From sequence record MW584155.1: DNA of 54,740 nucleotides; one strand, written 5' to 3'. The first letter of the stretch is position 1. Each line of letters starts with the position of its first letter. Shown piece after piece: positions 34,902 to 44,856 of the stretch. Source of the stretch: Mycobacterium phage prophiGD11-3. A program made the translations under genes and the position numbers. Below the pieces are notes generated by a model that had not been told where the DNA came from, made no database searches, and saw nothing but the letters and a program-made list of their open reading frames with translations.

Positions 34902-37900
34902 GTGCCGTTGACACTTGACGTTCTGACCGAACTCGACGAGTCATCGCTGCAGCGTGAAATCGACCGCGCGAAGTCCCAGATCGCCACCGCAGGACGCGAC
35001 GCCGGGCGCGATTTCAACCGCAACTTCAACTCCTCTGTCGGGCAGCTGAACATCCGTCAGGCAACAGCGTCGCTGACGCAGGAGCTGGAATCTGCTGGCC
35101 GGGAAGGCGGAAACCGATTCGCCAACCAGGTCACGAGCCAGATCAAGGATGCAGCGGCCGAGGTGGCAGGGCATGGCCGCGATGCTGCAGGCGGATTCTC
35201 GGATGCGTTCTCCGACGGGGTCTCTGGCGCCCCCGGTATCTCTGGTCTGGGTGAAGCGGTGGCGGGCCGCATGGGTATGGCCGGTGCCGGGGTGGCCGCT
35301 GCTGCCACGTTCGGCACAGCGTTCGGCGCCGCCTTAGTGGCTGCTGCAGCGTTGTTCGGCAGCGCCGTCGTGGACGGGATGGCAACCGCTGCAACCGTCG
35401 ACCTGTTTCAGGCGAAGATGGGGCTGGACGAGGAGTCCATGGGCCGCTTCGCCAAAGCCGCTGGCGCCGCCTATGCCAACAATTTCGGTGAGTCGCTGGC
35501 CGACAACCTGGAGGCGGCGCAGGCTGCATTGCAGGCCGGTTTGATCGGGCCGGACGCAGCCGACGCCGAGGCACAGCGCACCGTCGAGAAGCTACAGGGC
35601 ATCGGGGAAGTCACCGACGCGAACGCCAAGGAGCTAGCCAGAGCATCAGCGACGCTCATCCGAACAGGGTTCGCCGACAGCACATCTGATGCACTGGACA
35701 TCGTCACCTCCGGTTTCCAGAACGGGCTGAACGTGTCCAACGACTGGCTCGACTCGATCAATAAATACTCGGGCCAATTCCGCAAGCTCGGCCTGGACAG
35801 CAGCGACATGCTGACCCTGCTCAAGGAAGGGCTGGAGGGCGGCGCCAGCGGCACCGGCGCGGTCGCGGACGGGCTAAAGACCCTGAGCGCCAACGCTGTC
35901 AAGGGCACCAAAGACACCAACGAAGCCTTCGAGGGCCTGGGCTTCAACGCCGACGAGATGGGCAAGCGATTCGCCGCGGGCGGCGAACAAGCCCGCCAGG
36001 CCCTCGGCAAGGTACTCGACGAGCTACGCAACGTCGACGACCCGATGCAAAAAGCCCTGATTTCCCAGCGGCTGTTCGGCAGCCAATGGGAAGAGATGGG
36101 CGATGCCGTCAACAAGCTGGACCTGGACCCCGCGAAGAACAAATTCACCGACCTGCAAGGCACCTCGGATCGGGCCACCAAGACCGCGACGGACAACTTC
36201 AAATCCCAATGGGCCGCCGCTACACGGGAAGTCGACCAATACTTCAGCAACCTGAGCGAATCCATCGCGGACGCTTTCGCGAAAGCGCCGATCATTGCTC
36301 AGCTGCCTGGCTGGGTGAAGAGTTTCTTCCAATCGCTCAACGAATATCACGGCGGCGGTGGCGGTGTGGACGCTGCAGGCAAGCCATACACCGCCCCGGC
36401 GACGCCGGTGCAGCTCGATCCGGCTAACCCTGGCGGCTTGCTGCAGCCGCCAGGTGGGAGCGTGAACGCGATCGGCGGCGACGGTGTCGGGCTGGGCTTG
36501 GGCAATCTGCTCAATCCGACCCCGGGTGCGCCGCCGCCCCCGGGATCTCCGTTGGCGCCCAAGGCTTCGAACGCGACCGATGAGGGCCCGCAAGCCGGTG
36601 AACACAAGCCGATCGATCCGACACCGGACAAGCCGGACAAGACGCCGCCGTCGTTCGATCCGAGTTTGTGGTCGGTGCAGGCCAATCCGGTGGCTATGCC
36701 GCCGCTGGGGGCGCCCGCGATGGGCATGGGGACCGAGGGCATCGCCGGGGGTCGGGGCTTCGGGCCGGGCTACTGGCAGGTCGATCCGCAGCGGGTGTTC
36801 GACGCCGAGTCCGGGGTGGAGCGCGCGAAGAACAACCTGGAACAGGACCGTATCCGGCGCCTGGAGCTGGAGGCCAAGGGCAATGCGTCGCAGCGTGAGC
36901 TGCTGTCGATCAAGAACCAGATCCAAGAAGACGAACGCGCCTACATCTCAGCTCAGATGAAACTGGCTGACGCGCAACAAGGTACGTGGAAAAAGCAGAA
37001 AGACGCCACGAACAACTTCTTGTCCGCGCTGGGCCAGATCGGGGCCGCTCTCGACAACGACCTGGGCGCCTCCAAGGGGTTGGCCGGTCTGGCCGACAAC
37101 CTGGTGCGGTTCGTGGCCAGCCTCGGGGCCGCGCCCATGATGGGCCAACTCGCGGTCATCGCGCAGGCCAACGGCGGCATCGCGCGCACGGGCAGCGGGT
37201 TGGCCGGGTTCATCGGCCAGCAGATGGGCCTCGGACAGACCCCCGTACCGCAGGGGTACGCCGCAGGCTCTCTCGGAGGCAGCTTCGGTGGCGGTGGCAT
37301 GTACGCGGGTGACGCCGCGCTGCTCGCGAACGTGCCCGCGGGCCGATATGAGACGCCGAACGAACCCGCGGTCTGGGATCTGACGAAGGGTCTGGCCGAC
37401 TGCTCGTCGGCGGTCGAAGATCTGGTCAACCTCATGGACGGCCGCCCCACCGGCGGCCGTCAGATGTCGACCGCCAATGCCGACCAATGGCTGCGCTCGC
37501 GTGGCTTCCTGCCGGGGATGGGCGGCGATGGTGACTTCCGGGTCGGGTTCAACCCGTCACATATGCAGGCCACGCTGCCCGGCGGCACGAACATCAACTG
37601 GGGTAGTGACAGCGCGGCGGCCCAGCGCGGCATGGACGGCGGCCAGGGCGCCTACGACCCGGCGTTCACGTCGCACTACTACCGGCCCGCAACCGGCGGC
37701 GGCACAGGTGGTGGTGGCTTCATGCCGGTTGCGCCGTCGGTGGGTGTTACCCCGACTCCCATCACGATGCCGCCGTCGGGTTATGCGCCGCTAAGCGATG
37801 CCGCGCTGGCCAATCCGGCTCTGACCAATCCGGGCGCGCCCGGCCCTGGGCAGAGCGGGCCGTCGCCGCTGTTGGCGCCCGGTGGTGGCGCGGGCGGATA

Positions 37901-38429
37901 CGGCCCCGGCGGCACGGGCCCGATGCAGGGCCGCTCGTATGGGCAGGGCGGCCCGGGCGGCGGCGGGTTCCAAGGACTCGGTGGTGCCCCGATGGCGGCG
38001 CTGTCGACGGCCGCCTCCGGTTTGGACCTGATCGCCCCGGGAGCTGGGCAAGGCGCCCAGATCGCGATGCAGCTGACGAACCGTGCGATTGGCTATGCCG
38101 GTCAGCTCGCCGGTATCGGGGTATCGGGTCTGCTGGAGACGTTCGCGCTCAACGATTCGGCGTTGTCGGATCCGTCGAAGAACTGGATCGGCAAGATCGC
38201 CTCGGGCATTGCCGGTGCCCGCCCGGCGCTGCCGAACTCTGCAGGCCAGTCCGCGCCTCCAATCGCCCCGCCTGAGAAGCAGCAGAACCAGGGCCAAGGC
38301 CAGCAGGGCAGCGCGCCGATGGTGAACATCGAGAAGTTCGAAAACGGCAGCGGCAACCCCTCCGATGGGCAGTCCGCGGCCCGCGACATTGCCCGCCAAT
38401 TCAATTCCGTTGGAGCGGGGGAGCGTTGA
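34902..38429 (+). CDS. tape measure protein (1175 aa, GTG start)
   Basis: size, position, Gly/Ala-rich segments. Confidence 0.85.
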   Translation: MPLTLDVLTELDESSLQREIDRAKSQIATAGRDAGRDFNRNFNSSVGQLNIRQATASLTQELESAGREGGNRFANQVTSQIKDAAAEVAGHGRDAAGGFSDAFSDGVSGAPGISGLGEAVAGRMGMAGAGVAAAATFGTAFGAALVAAAALFGSAVVDGMATAATVDLFQAKMGLDEESMGRFAKAAGAAYANNFGESLADNLEAAQAALQAGLIGPDAADAEAQRTVEKLQGIGEVTDANAKELARASATLIRTGFADSTSDALDIVTSGFQNGLNVSNDWLDSINKYSGQFRKLGLDSSDMLTLLKEGLEGGASGTGAVADGLKTLSANAVKGTKDTNEAFEGLGFNADEMGKRFAAGGEQARQALGKVLDELRNVDDPMQKALISQRLFGSQWEEMGDAVNKLDLDPAKNKFTDLQGTSDRATKTATDNFKSQWAAATREVDQYFSNLSESIADAFAKAPIIAQLPGWVKSFFQSLNEYHGGGGGVDAAGKPYTAPATPVQLDPANPGGLLQPPGGSVNAIGGDGVGLGLGNLLNPTPGAPPPPGSPLAPKASNATDEGPQAGEHKPIDPTPDKPDKTPPSFDPSLWSVQANPVAMPPLGAPAMGMGTEGIAGGRGFGPGYWQVDPQRVFDAESGVERAKNNLEQDRIRRLELEAKGNASQRELLSIKNQIQEDERAYISAQMKLADAQQGTWKKQKDATNNFLSALGQIGAALDNDLGASKGLAGLADNLVRFVASLGAAPMMGQLAVIAQANGGIARTGSGLAGFIGQQMGLGQTPVPQGYAAGSLGGSFGGGGMYAGDAALLANVPAGRYETPNEPAVWDLTKGLADCSSAVEDLVNLMDGRPTGGRQMSTANADQWLRSRGFLPGMGGDGDFRVGFNPSHMQATLPGGTNINWGSDSAAAQRGMDGGQGAYDPAFTSHYYRPATGGGTGGGGFMPVAPSVGVTPTPITMPPSGYAPLSDAALANPALTNPGAPGPGQSGPSPLLAPGGGAGGYGPGGTGPMQGRSYGQGGPGGGGFQGLGGAPMAALSTAASGLDLIAPGAGQGAQIAMQLTNRAIGYAGQLAGIGVSGLLETFALNDSALSDPSKNWIGKIASGIAGARPALPNSAGQSAPPIAPPEKQQNQGQGQQGSAPMVNIEKFENGSGNPSDGQSAARDIARQFNSVGAGER

Positions 38430-40105
38430 GCAGGCACTGGCCGCCCGGCCCCATCACCCCGTACGGCATCGATCTGGTCACCGAGGGCGTCGAGCCGATC
38501 GTGCGGTTCACCACCGGCAACAAGCAGCTCTCGTTCGACGTCAACGGTGGCGGCGCCCCGCACCCGGGCGTGCAGCCAGGCATGGTGCTCGAAGACGGGA
38601 TCAAGGGGCTACACCCGAAGTTCTCTCACCTGGATCAAAAAGGCGCGCACCAGGACGGCGTGACCAACCGCGGAACCGTCTACGACGAAGGCGAATTCGA
38701 CATGACGGTCATCGCGCAGGCTAAAGATCACATCACCGAGCGGCGCCTGATCAACGACTGGATCGAAATGTGGGATCCGAAGAAGACACCCACCATGACG
38801 TTCGTAACTCCCGACATGGGGGAGTGGTGGTGCTACCCGCGGTTGCACCGCGCCTCGCCAGAGGGCTTGCAGAAGCTGATGTTCCGCAACGGCAAGGCGC
38901 GGTTCACGTGGTCGATCCGCAACGACGACGCGTTTTTCCAATCGCACCCGTCGGTGTCTGAGTTTTACTTTTCTTACCGCTCGCAGCGTGACGCGTTCCG
39001 GCGCAACAGCCCGGCGGGGCTAGGCCCGGACTGGGACCAGAAGTACACGCTCGGTGCCGGTACCTGCGGCACCGATGGCCAGATGTGCCGGTGGTTCGAC
39101 AGCGGCACCGGCCAGCGCACGGTGGTGAACCGCTACAACAAGTCGGTCACCGCCACCGACAACCAGGTGATCACCATCAAATTTGGTGGATTAAGCGAGT
39201 TTCCGTTCCCCGATGCGGCATTCAACGACATCTGGGGTCGCATGAACACCACCGGGGATCCGGGCACCACCGGGATCCGGGCCCGCATCGGAAGCGGCTG
39301 GATCCGGCTGTCCGGCTGGGTTGGCGGCGCTGAGGTGTGGGTGTGGGAACGGCCGCTGCTGGTGCCGCCGTTCTGGAACGAAGAGTGGTCGCTGGTGTGC
39401 GGCACGCCGAGCAACCCGCGCGAATTCCGGGTGCTGCGCCAGGGCTTTCCGGTGTTCAAATTCATCGAACCGTCGGCTCTGTCCATCATGGGCGAAGCGT
39501 TCCGCGGCACCGGGTTCGGAATGGAAGCAGGCGCCGGTATCAGCGGAATCAACCCGCAGGTCACCCCGGCGCCGTTGTGGGAGTGGTCATCTGGCGACAA
39601 CGCCACCGTCACCCAGTCGGGATTCCTGTCGCTGACGAACATCGGCACCGAAGACGGCTGGCCGCGGATCACCGCGTACGGGCCGGGCCTGTTCCGGTTC
39701 GGCAACGGTCCGGGCTCAACGGACATGATCGAATTCGGGCCGCTGCTGGAGGGGCAGATCGCGCAGATAACCACGCTGCCGCGGCTGCGCGGTGTCGTCG
39801 ACCTGAGCCCAGATCAGCCCGAGCAGGATCTCGACGAGTTCCAGGACATCATGAAGCGGCTAATCAGCTTGGCCACCAACGGAAATGTTCCGCCGCTGCT
39901 GGAATGGTTCGAGTCGCAGTTCGGGATCCGGCCGCCGCAGGGCATGCTGTACGCGCTGCTCGGTGGCCGGTTCACCCGGTGCTGGCCCGGTAAGGAAGAA
40001 GGCATGCTGCCGGTCACTGGCCGCATGGCCGTGGAAATCAAGGACGGCAACGCCAACTCGCGCGTAATCGCGGCCATCACCCCCAGGCGGCGATGGCCCG
40101 TGTAG
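38426..40105 (+). CDS. minor tail protein (distal tail-like)
   Basis: position after TMP; TTG start overlapping TMP stop. Confidence 0.6.
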   Translation: MSRHWPPGPITPYGIDLVTEGVEPIVRFTTGNKQLSFDVNGGGAPHPGVQPGMVLEDGIKGLHPKFSHLDQKGAHQDGVTNRGTVYDEGEFDMTVIAQAKDHITERRLINDWIEMWDPKKTPTMTFVTPDMGEWWCYPRLHRASPEGLQKLMFRNGKARFTWSIRNDDAFFQSHPSVSEFYFSYRSQRDAFRRNSPAGLGPDWDQKYTLGAGTCGTDGQMCRWFDSGTGQRTVVNRYNKSVTATDNQVITIKFGGLSEFPFPDAAFNDIWGRMNTTGDPGTTGIRARIGSGWIRLSGWVGGAEVWVWERPLLVPPFWNEEWSLVCGTPSNPREFRVLRQGFPVFKFIEPSALSIMGEAFRGTGFGMEAGAGISGINPQVTPAPLWEWSSGDNATVTQSGFLSLTNIGTEDGWPRITAYGPGLFRFGNGPGSTDMIEFGPLLEGQIAQITTLPRLRGVVDLSPDQPEQDLDEFQDIMKRLISLATNGNVPPLLEWFESQFGIRPPQGMLYALLGGRFTRCWPGKEEGMLPVTGRMAVEIKDGNANSRVIAAITPRRRWPV

Positions 40106-41790
40106 CTGTCGCAGACCCTGCGACCGCCCGGGAAAAGCTCTACTCGGACAAGTACACCGCTGCCAATTTCGCGGAAATCGCTGCCGCTGTCGAGCAGGCC
40201 GCACCCTCGGACATTCTCGTCGAGCTGTACACCAACACCTACAGCGCCAGCACCGAGTGCGGCGACTACATGGAACTTCAGGTGGCCTGGCCGCGTAACG
40301 CCGTCGGTACCGGCTCACTGGTCCTGAAAGGCTCGGACCCGCTCGCCCCTATCGCGCTGACTTGCCACGAAACCGTTGTGCCCGTGACGGTCACAGTCGG
40401 TCACTTGCGCTGGTCGGGCCGCATCAAGAAGGCGGTCGACAAGTTCGGTGACGGCCCCGACACTGTGGTCTGCGAACTCGAAGGCGACTACGCCTGGCTG
40501 TACAAGATCTGCGCATTCCCGAATTTCCTGCTCCCCATACAGGTGCAATTCCCGAACCGCGGCGTGGCAATCGGCGGCGCGATCAGCGTCATCAAGTTCC
40601 TGATCGCCACCCAAGCATTCCGAATCCAGTCGGGCATGTGGGATCTGGTCAACAACCTCGGCTCGCTGAACCTGGACTGGCGCACCTGGTTCGGCACATG
40701 GCTGATGCAGAACCCCGGCGAGGATCTGGAATTCCAAGACATCCTCGACATGCTCACCACCCCGATCTACGTGGTGCCGACGGTAGGGATCTTCGACACC
40801 AGCCCCGTAATTTCCATCAACTGGCGCATGGACCGCCTGGCCGAACTGATCGACCAGGAAGTCAAAGACAACGGACTGTCGGTCGAGGTCAATCTGTGGA
40901 AGCCCGGTGAGCCGCAACCGCACCCGACCGCCAACCTGCGCGTGCCCACCATAGTCGTCGATGTCAAGGACCGGATGGGTGTCATCGGTCCGACCGGAAC
41001 ATTCTTCGACGGCATCCTGCGCGTGCTGGTCGATCTGCAGGATTCGGCATTCGGGGAAATCCTCAAGCCGTTCCTGAACCCGGACAACGAGTACGCACCC
41101 GATGGGGTGGTGATCGCCCCGAGACTGGGTGTGCACTTCGTCAAACCGTGGTGCGTGTTCTCCGACCATCCGCTCAGCGGCATAAAAGGTGAACTGGCGC
41201 ATCATCATCCGCTCGCACACACCATCATCGCCGGTGGGCGCAGCCCTAAGTGGATGAACGATCTCATCAACGCGACGCTTAGCTGGCTACTCGATTCACT
41301 CATGATCGTGATCGGAATGACCGGCGTTCCAAGCAATCTGCTTGACGGCATGTTCAACGACGTGTTGCTGGCGTTCCAGATGAGCCAGAACTTTGACCGT
41401 CGCGTCAAGCTCGGGCCCTACGGCTACCCGGAGTACTTCGTGCCCACCGGGCATGCCGCCTACAACATCGACATGTTCTTCGCGCTCAAGCGCGCGCAGT
41501 GGGAAACACGCGGATACATCAGCGGCAAGCTGACTTTCGACAACGGATACCCGTACGAAGTTGGCCGCGACGTATTCCCCGGAGCACTGGCGTCGGTGGT
41601 GCGCCGCGGCATGTTGTACACCGACTACATCGAAAACGTGGTCCTGACCGACACCCGCCGCGACCGCGTGAAAGTCGAAGTCCAGCTCGGGGACGGCAAG
41701 GCCGAAGAAGCACCCGTCACCCGCCTGCAGCGCAAGGCCGTGAAGTTCCAGGAAGCCATCAACATTCTGACCATGGCGGCAGGCCAATGA
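40093..41790 (+). CDS. minor tail protein (tail tip/baseplate-like)
   Basis: position, size 565 aa. Confidence 0.6.
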   Translation: MARVAVADPATAREKLYSDKYTAANFAEIAAAVEQAAPSDILVELYTNTYSASTECGDYMELQVAWPRNAVGTGSLVLKGSDPLAPIALTCHETVVPVTVTVGHLRWSGRIKKAVDKFGDGPDTVVCELEGDYAWLYKICAFPNFLLPIQVQFPNRGVAIGGAISVIKFLIATQAFRIQSGMWDLVNNLGSLNLDWRTWFGTWLMQNPGEDLEFQDILDMLTTPIYVVPTVGIFDTSPVISINWRMDRLAELIDQEVKDNGLSVEVNLWKPGEPQPHPTANLRVPTIVVDVKDRMGVIGPTGTFFDGILRVLVDLQDSAFGEILKPFLNPDNEYAPDGVVIAPRLGVHFVKPWCVFSDHPLSGIKGELAHHHPLAHTIIAGGRSPKWMNDLINATLSWLLDSLMIVIGMTGVPSNLLDGMFNDVLLAFQMSQNFDRRVKLGPYGYPEYFVPTGHAAYNIDMFFALKRAQWETRGYISGKLTFDNGYPYEVGRDVFPGALASVVRRGMLYTDYIENVVLTDTRRDRVKVEVQLGDGKAEEAPVTRLQRKAVKFQEAINILTMAAGQ

Positions 41791-41808
41791 TCAAGGGAGG
41801 CAACATCA

Positions 41809-42669
41809 ATGCCCGTAACCATTGACGGCAACGACATCGTCATGTCAGGTGTGTGGCGCCTAGTCAACGGCTTCAATCCCGAGACCGGCATGGCCTATCT
41901 GATCGGCACCCCCGACGGGGGCGTCGGCATGTTGCCCTTCGTTGCCCCCGGCGTAGCGGGCCCACCGTCACCGCCCCGCAACATCATCCGCCACGAAGTA
42001 CCGGCAGGCGATGAGCTGCCGCCGGAAAGCTCCAAGGTGATCGTCGTGGATCCCGGCGGGCCCGGCGAGGCCGCGATCTGGGACTGGGAGGTCTGGCTGC
42101 ATGCCGGGGAAGATGGGCCCGCCGGTGTCGTGACGCTGATGAACGCCAGCGACCTGGAAGGCACCATCAACGACGGCAGCATCGACGGCTACACCATCGT
42201 GAAGAAGCCCGGCGAGAACAAGGGCATGTGGGTCGCGCGCAAGGTCGGGGACTGGTGGATCCCGGGCACATCCTCGCTGACACCAAAGCCGTTCAACGCC
42301 ACGTCGCCACACTCGCTCGTCGGTGTAGGTGTTCCGCCGCAGAAGTTCGACTGGCGGCCCGAGGCGTACGCGATCGGGCAAGTAGTGGGCAGCACCGATA
42401 CCCGCGTGGACTTCGTAGCCCGAGTCGGCACCCAGACGGGCCACGAGTGCGGCTATGCGCGTGGAGTGACCGGTGCAGCACCACCGCCGCTGACAATGCT
42501 GCCGCTGCCGCCGCTGGGTAGCGACCTGAGCACGTACGGGCGCGTGTCCGCGGGTGTGGCCACCACGGTTTATTTCATGCTGGAGCAGAAGAACAGCTCC
42601 TCGAACAGCTGGTCGATGACACCCGGGCCCGATACCCGCGTCGGTGTGAAGGTCTGCCCGATCCCGTGA
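41809..42669 (+). CDS. minor tail protein
   Basis: RBS aagggagg; position. Confidence 0.55.
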   Translation: MPVTIDGNDIVMSGVWRLVNGFNPETGMAYLIGTPDGGVGMLPFVAPGVAGPPSPPRNIIRHEVPAGDELPPESSKVIVVDPGGPGEAAIWDWEVWLHAGEDGPAGVVTLMNASDLEGTINDGSIDGYTIVKKPGENKGMWVARKVGDWWIPGTSSLTPKPFNATSPHSLVGVGVPPQKFDWRPEAYAIGQVVGSTDTRVDFVARVGTQTGHECGYARGVTGAAPPPLTMLPLPPLGSDLSTYGRVSAGVATTVYFMLEQKNSSSNSWSMTPGPDTRVGVKVCPIP

Positions 42670-44855
42670 GCTTCCCGCAGTATCCGACGCCGCCGCGTGG
42701 GCTACCGCCCGGGTTCAGCCTGCCGCAGCAGCCGGACCTCCCGGGTAACGGGCCGCTCATGTCGGCCGAGGAGATCGCAGCCCGCCGTGAACAATTCATC
42801 GAACTGATTCTTCGGCAGGTGGTGCTGGCGGTCGCGAACGTGGTGACCGGCGGGCAGGCGGGCCACGCGTTCGACGAGCTGCAGCAGTGGGCCGAGAACC
42901 TGCCCGGAATCGGCGACATCGTCACCAAGCTGCAGGAAATTCTGGGCGCAGCGTTCGGCGGCGTCGACATCACCAACCCGCGCGCGCTCGTCGAAGCCAT
43001 CCGTAAAGCGATCGGAACCCTGTTCAACGGCATCCTGCCGGTGTCGTGGATCGCGGACGTGATCGAAGACCTGATCCAAGGCGCTGGCCAGTTCCTGGAC
43101 GGCAGCAGCATCGCAGACAACCCGTTCATGCACTGGGATCCGAACACTCCCGGCATTACGTCGGGATTCTCGGGCAAGATGACCGCCAACGGCACGTGGC
43201 AATCCGTGCGCGGCGAGATTTTCGATGTCGTGCCCGGCAATGTGGTGAAACTGCCCGCGGCAACCAAATGGTCCGGCGTCACCGCCACACCGGGCAGCAA
43301 CCCGATCAAGGTCGGCTTCGCCACCTGGGACGCCGCCGGTAACGCCTTGCCCGATGTCATCACCGGGCAGGTCCACCCCTCGACCGCGTCGGCGCCGTGG
43401 CAGCCCATCGCGACCACTGACTGGATCGTGCCCGCTGGCGTAGCACGGGCGGCCTCAATCATGACCCTGGATTCCGGTGCGCTCAGCGGCGACGTGTGGT
43501 TCTCCAACGTATCGAGCTTCAAGTCAAACAAGATGGCGCCCAACATTGTTGAGAGCCTGATCGAGGGCGGACAGAACCTCGGCGAAGACATCCAGAAGAC
43601 CTGGAACAACATCTGGAACGCGGTCTTCGGCGGCAATGAATCCGGCAAGACCCCCGACGATGTGAAAACCGCTACCGCGCACGTCACTTCGGTCGCCAAC
43701 GACGCGAACGCCGCGGCACAATTCGCATCCTCGATGGTGATCCGGCCACGCCGCAGCCCACGCTGGATGTCGACCGGCACCCACGACGACGTGTCCTTCC
43801 CGATCGCGCTGGCACAATCGATGTTCACCCCAGCGTTGGGGGACATCACCTACATACCGATCACCCCGGACACCGACCGCGTGTACAAGGCCCTCAAATT
43901 CGGGCTGGTCGGCAACGCCATGACCAACCTCTACGTCGGCGTCTACAAGTTCGAATATGACGGAACACTCACCCGGGCGGTCTATCTCGGCGATGTGAAG
44001 TCTGCGCTGACCGCCTCGAAAGTGCAGACGTTCGCGGCACCGGGCGGCGTGTCAGTCGGGCGCGGCGAAACCGTGTATCTCGCCGTACGCCAGGTTGGCG
44101 GCACCGCTGGACAGATGTTCACCACACCGTCGCTGCTGCAAGTGACCGAGGTGGTGCAGCCGGTGCCGACCTACATCACCGAGAAGAACAACACCGGCAC
44201 AGGGCTTCCGGCCACCATCTCGGGGGCGATCGTGCGGTCTGAGTCCGCGCCCGCGTGGGGTGCACTCGGGGAGACCCTGTTGGATTCACCGTGGACGGAC
44301 TACACCGTGCCGGGCTGGTACACCTACCTGTTCGGTGCCGATTCGCGCTACGTCTACATCGCGGGCTCCAGCGCCGGTGGCGGCGGCGGTGGCGGCGACG
44401 GCGGCTGGAACAAACCAGGGGAAGGCGGGCGCCGGGGCAACTGGGCGGCCCTGAGCCTGGAGCGTGGCGTCGGGATTCCCTGGGACGTGCCCGGTTTGGA
44501 CGTGTACGTTCCGGCGCCGGGCGCAGGCTCACCCAGCCGGGAAACCAACGGCAGCCCCGGCGAAGCGCTAATTGTGCGGCTGTCGACCGCACCGGGCACC
44601 GTCCTGTTGAACATCCCCGGCGGCAACGGCGGGCGCCTGGCATACGGCGGGCTGTTCAACCGCGACCCGATCGGTGAGGCCCAGATCAATTACCCGTTCT
44701 TCGGGCGCCTATTCGTCGGTGGCCTGGCAGCAGCCAAGGACACCAACGGCAACAGCCCCGGTGGCGGCGGCGGTGGCGGCGACGGCGGATTCGGTGGCAA
44801 CGCCAACGCGGGCCGCCCGGGCGGTCCTGGTTTCTGCGCGATACGGACCGCGTGA
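42666..44855 (+). CDS. glycine-rich minor tail protein
   Basis: two GGGGGGGDGG tracts encoded by an identical 30-bp direct repeat (44375-44404, 44759-44788). Confidence 0.65.
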   Translation: MSFPQYPTPPRGLPPGFSLPQQPDLPGNGPLMSAEEIAARREQFIELILRQVVLAVANVVTGGQAGHAFDELQQWAENLPGIGDIVTKLQEILGAAFGGVDITNPRALVEAIRKAIGTLFNGILPVSWIADVIEDLIQGAGQFLDGSSIADNPFMHWDPNTPGITSGFSGKMTANGTWQSVRGEIFDVVPGNVVKLPAATKWSGVTATPGSNPIKVGFATWDAAGNALPDVITGQVHPSTASAPWQPIATTDWIVPAGVARAASIMTLDSGALSGDVWFSNVSSFKSNKMAPNIVESLIEGGQNLGEDIQKTWNNIWNAVFGGNESGKTPDDVKTATAHVTSVANDANAAAQFASSMVIRPRRSPRWMSTGTHDDVSFPIALAQSMFTPALGDITYIPITPDTDRVYKALKFGLVGNAMTNLYVGVYKFEYDGTLTRAVYLGDVKSALTASKVQTFAAPGGVSVGRGETVYLAVRQVGGTAGQMFTTPSLLQVTEVVQPVPTYITEKNNTGTGLPATISGAIVRSESAPAWGALGETLLDSPWTDYTVPGWYTYLFGADSRYVYIAGSSAGGGGGGGDGGWNKPGEGGRRGNWAALSLERGVGIPWDVPGLDVYVPAPGAGSPSRETNGSPGEALIVRLSTAPGTVLLNIPGGNGGRLAYGGLFNRDPIGEAQINYPFFGRLFVGGLAAAKDTNGNSPGGGGGGGDGGFGGNANAGRPGGPGFCAIRTA

Positions 44856-44856
44856 A

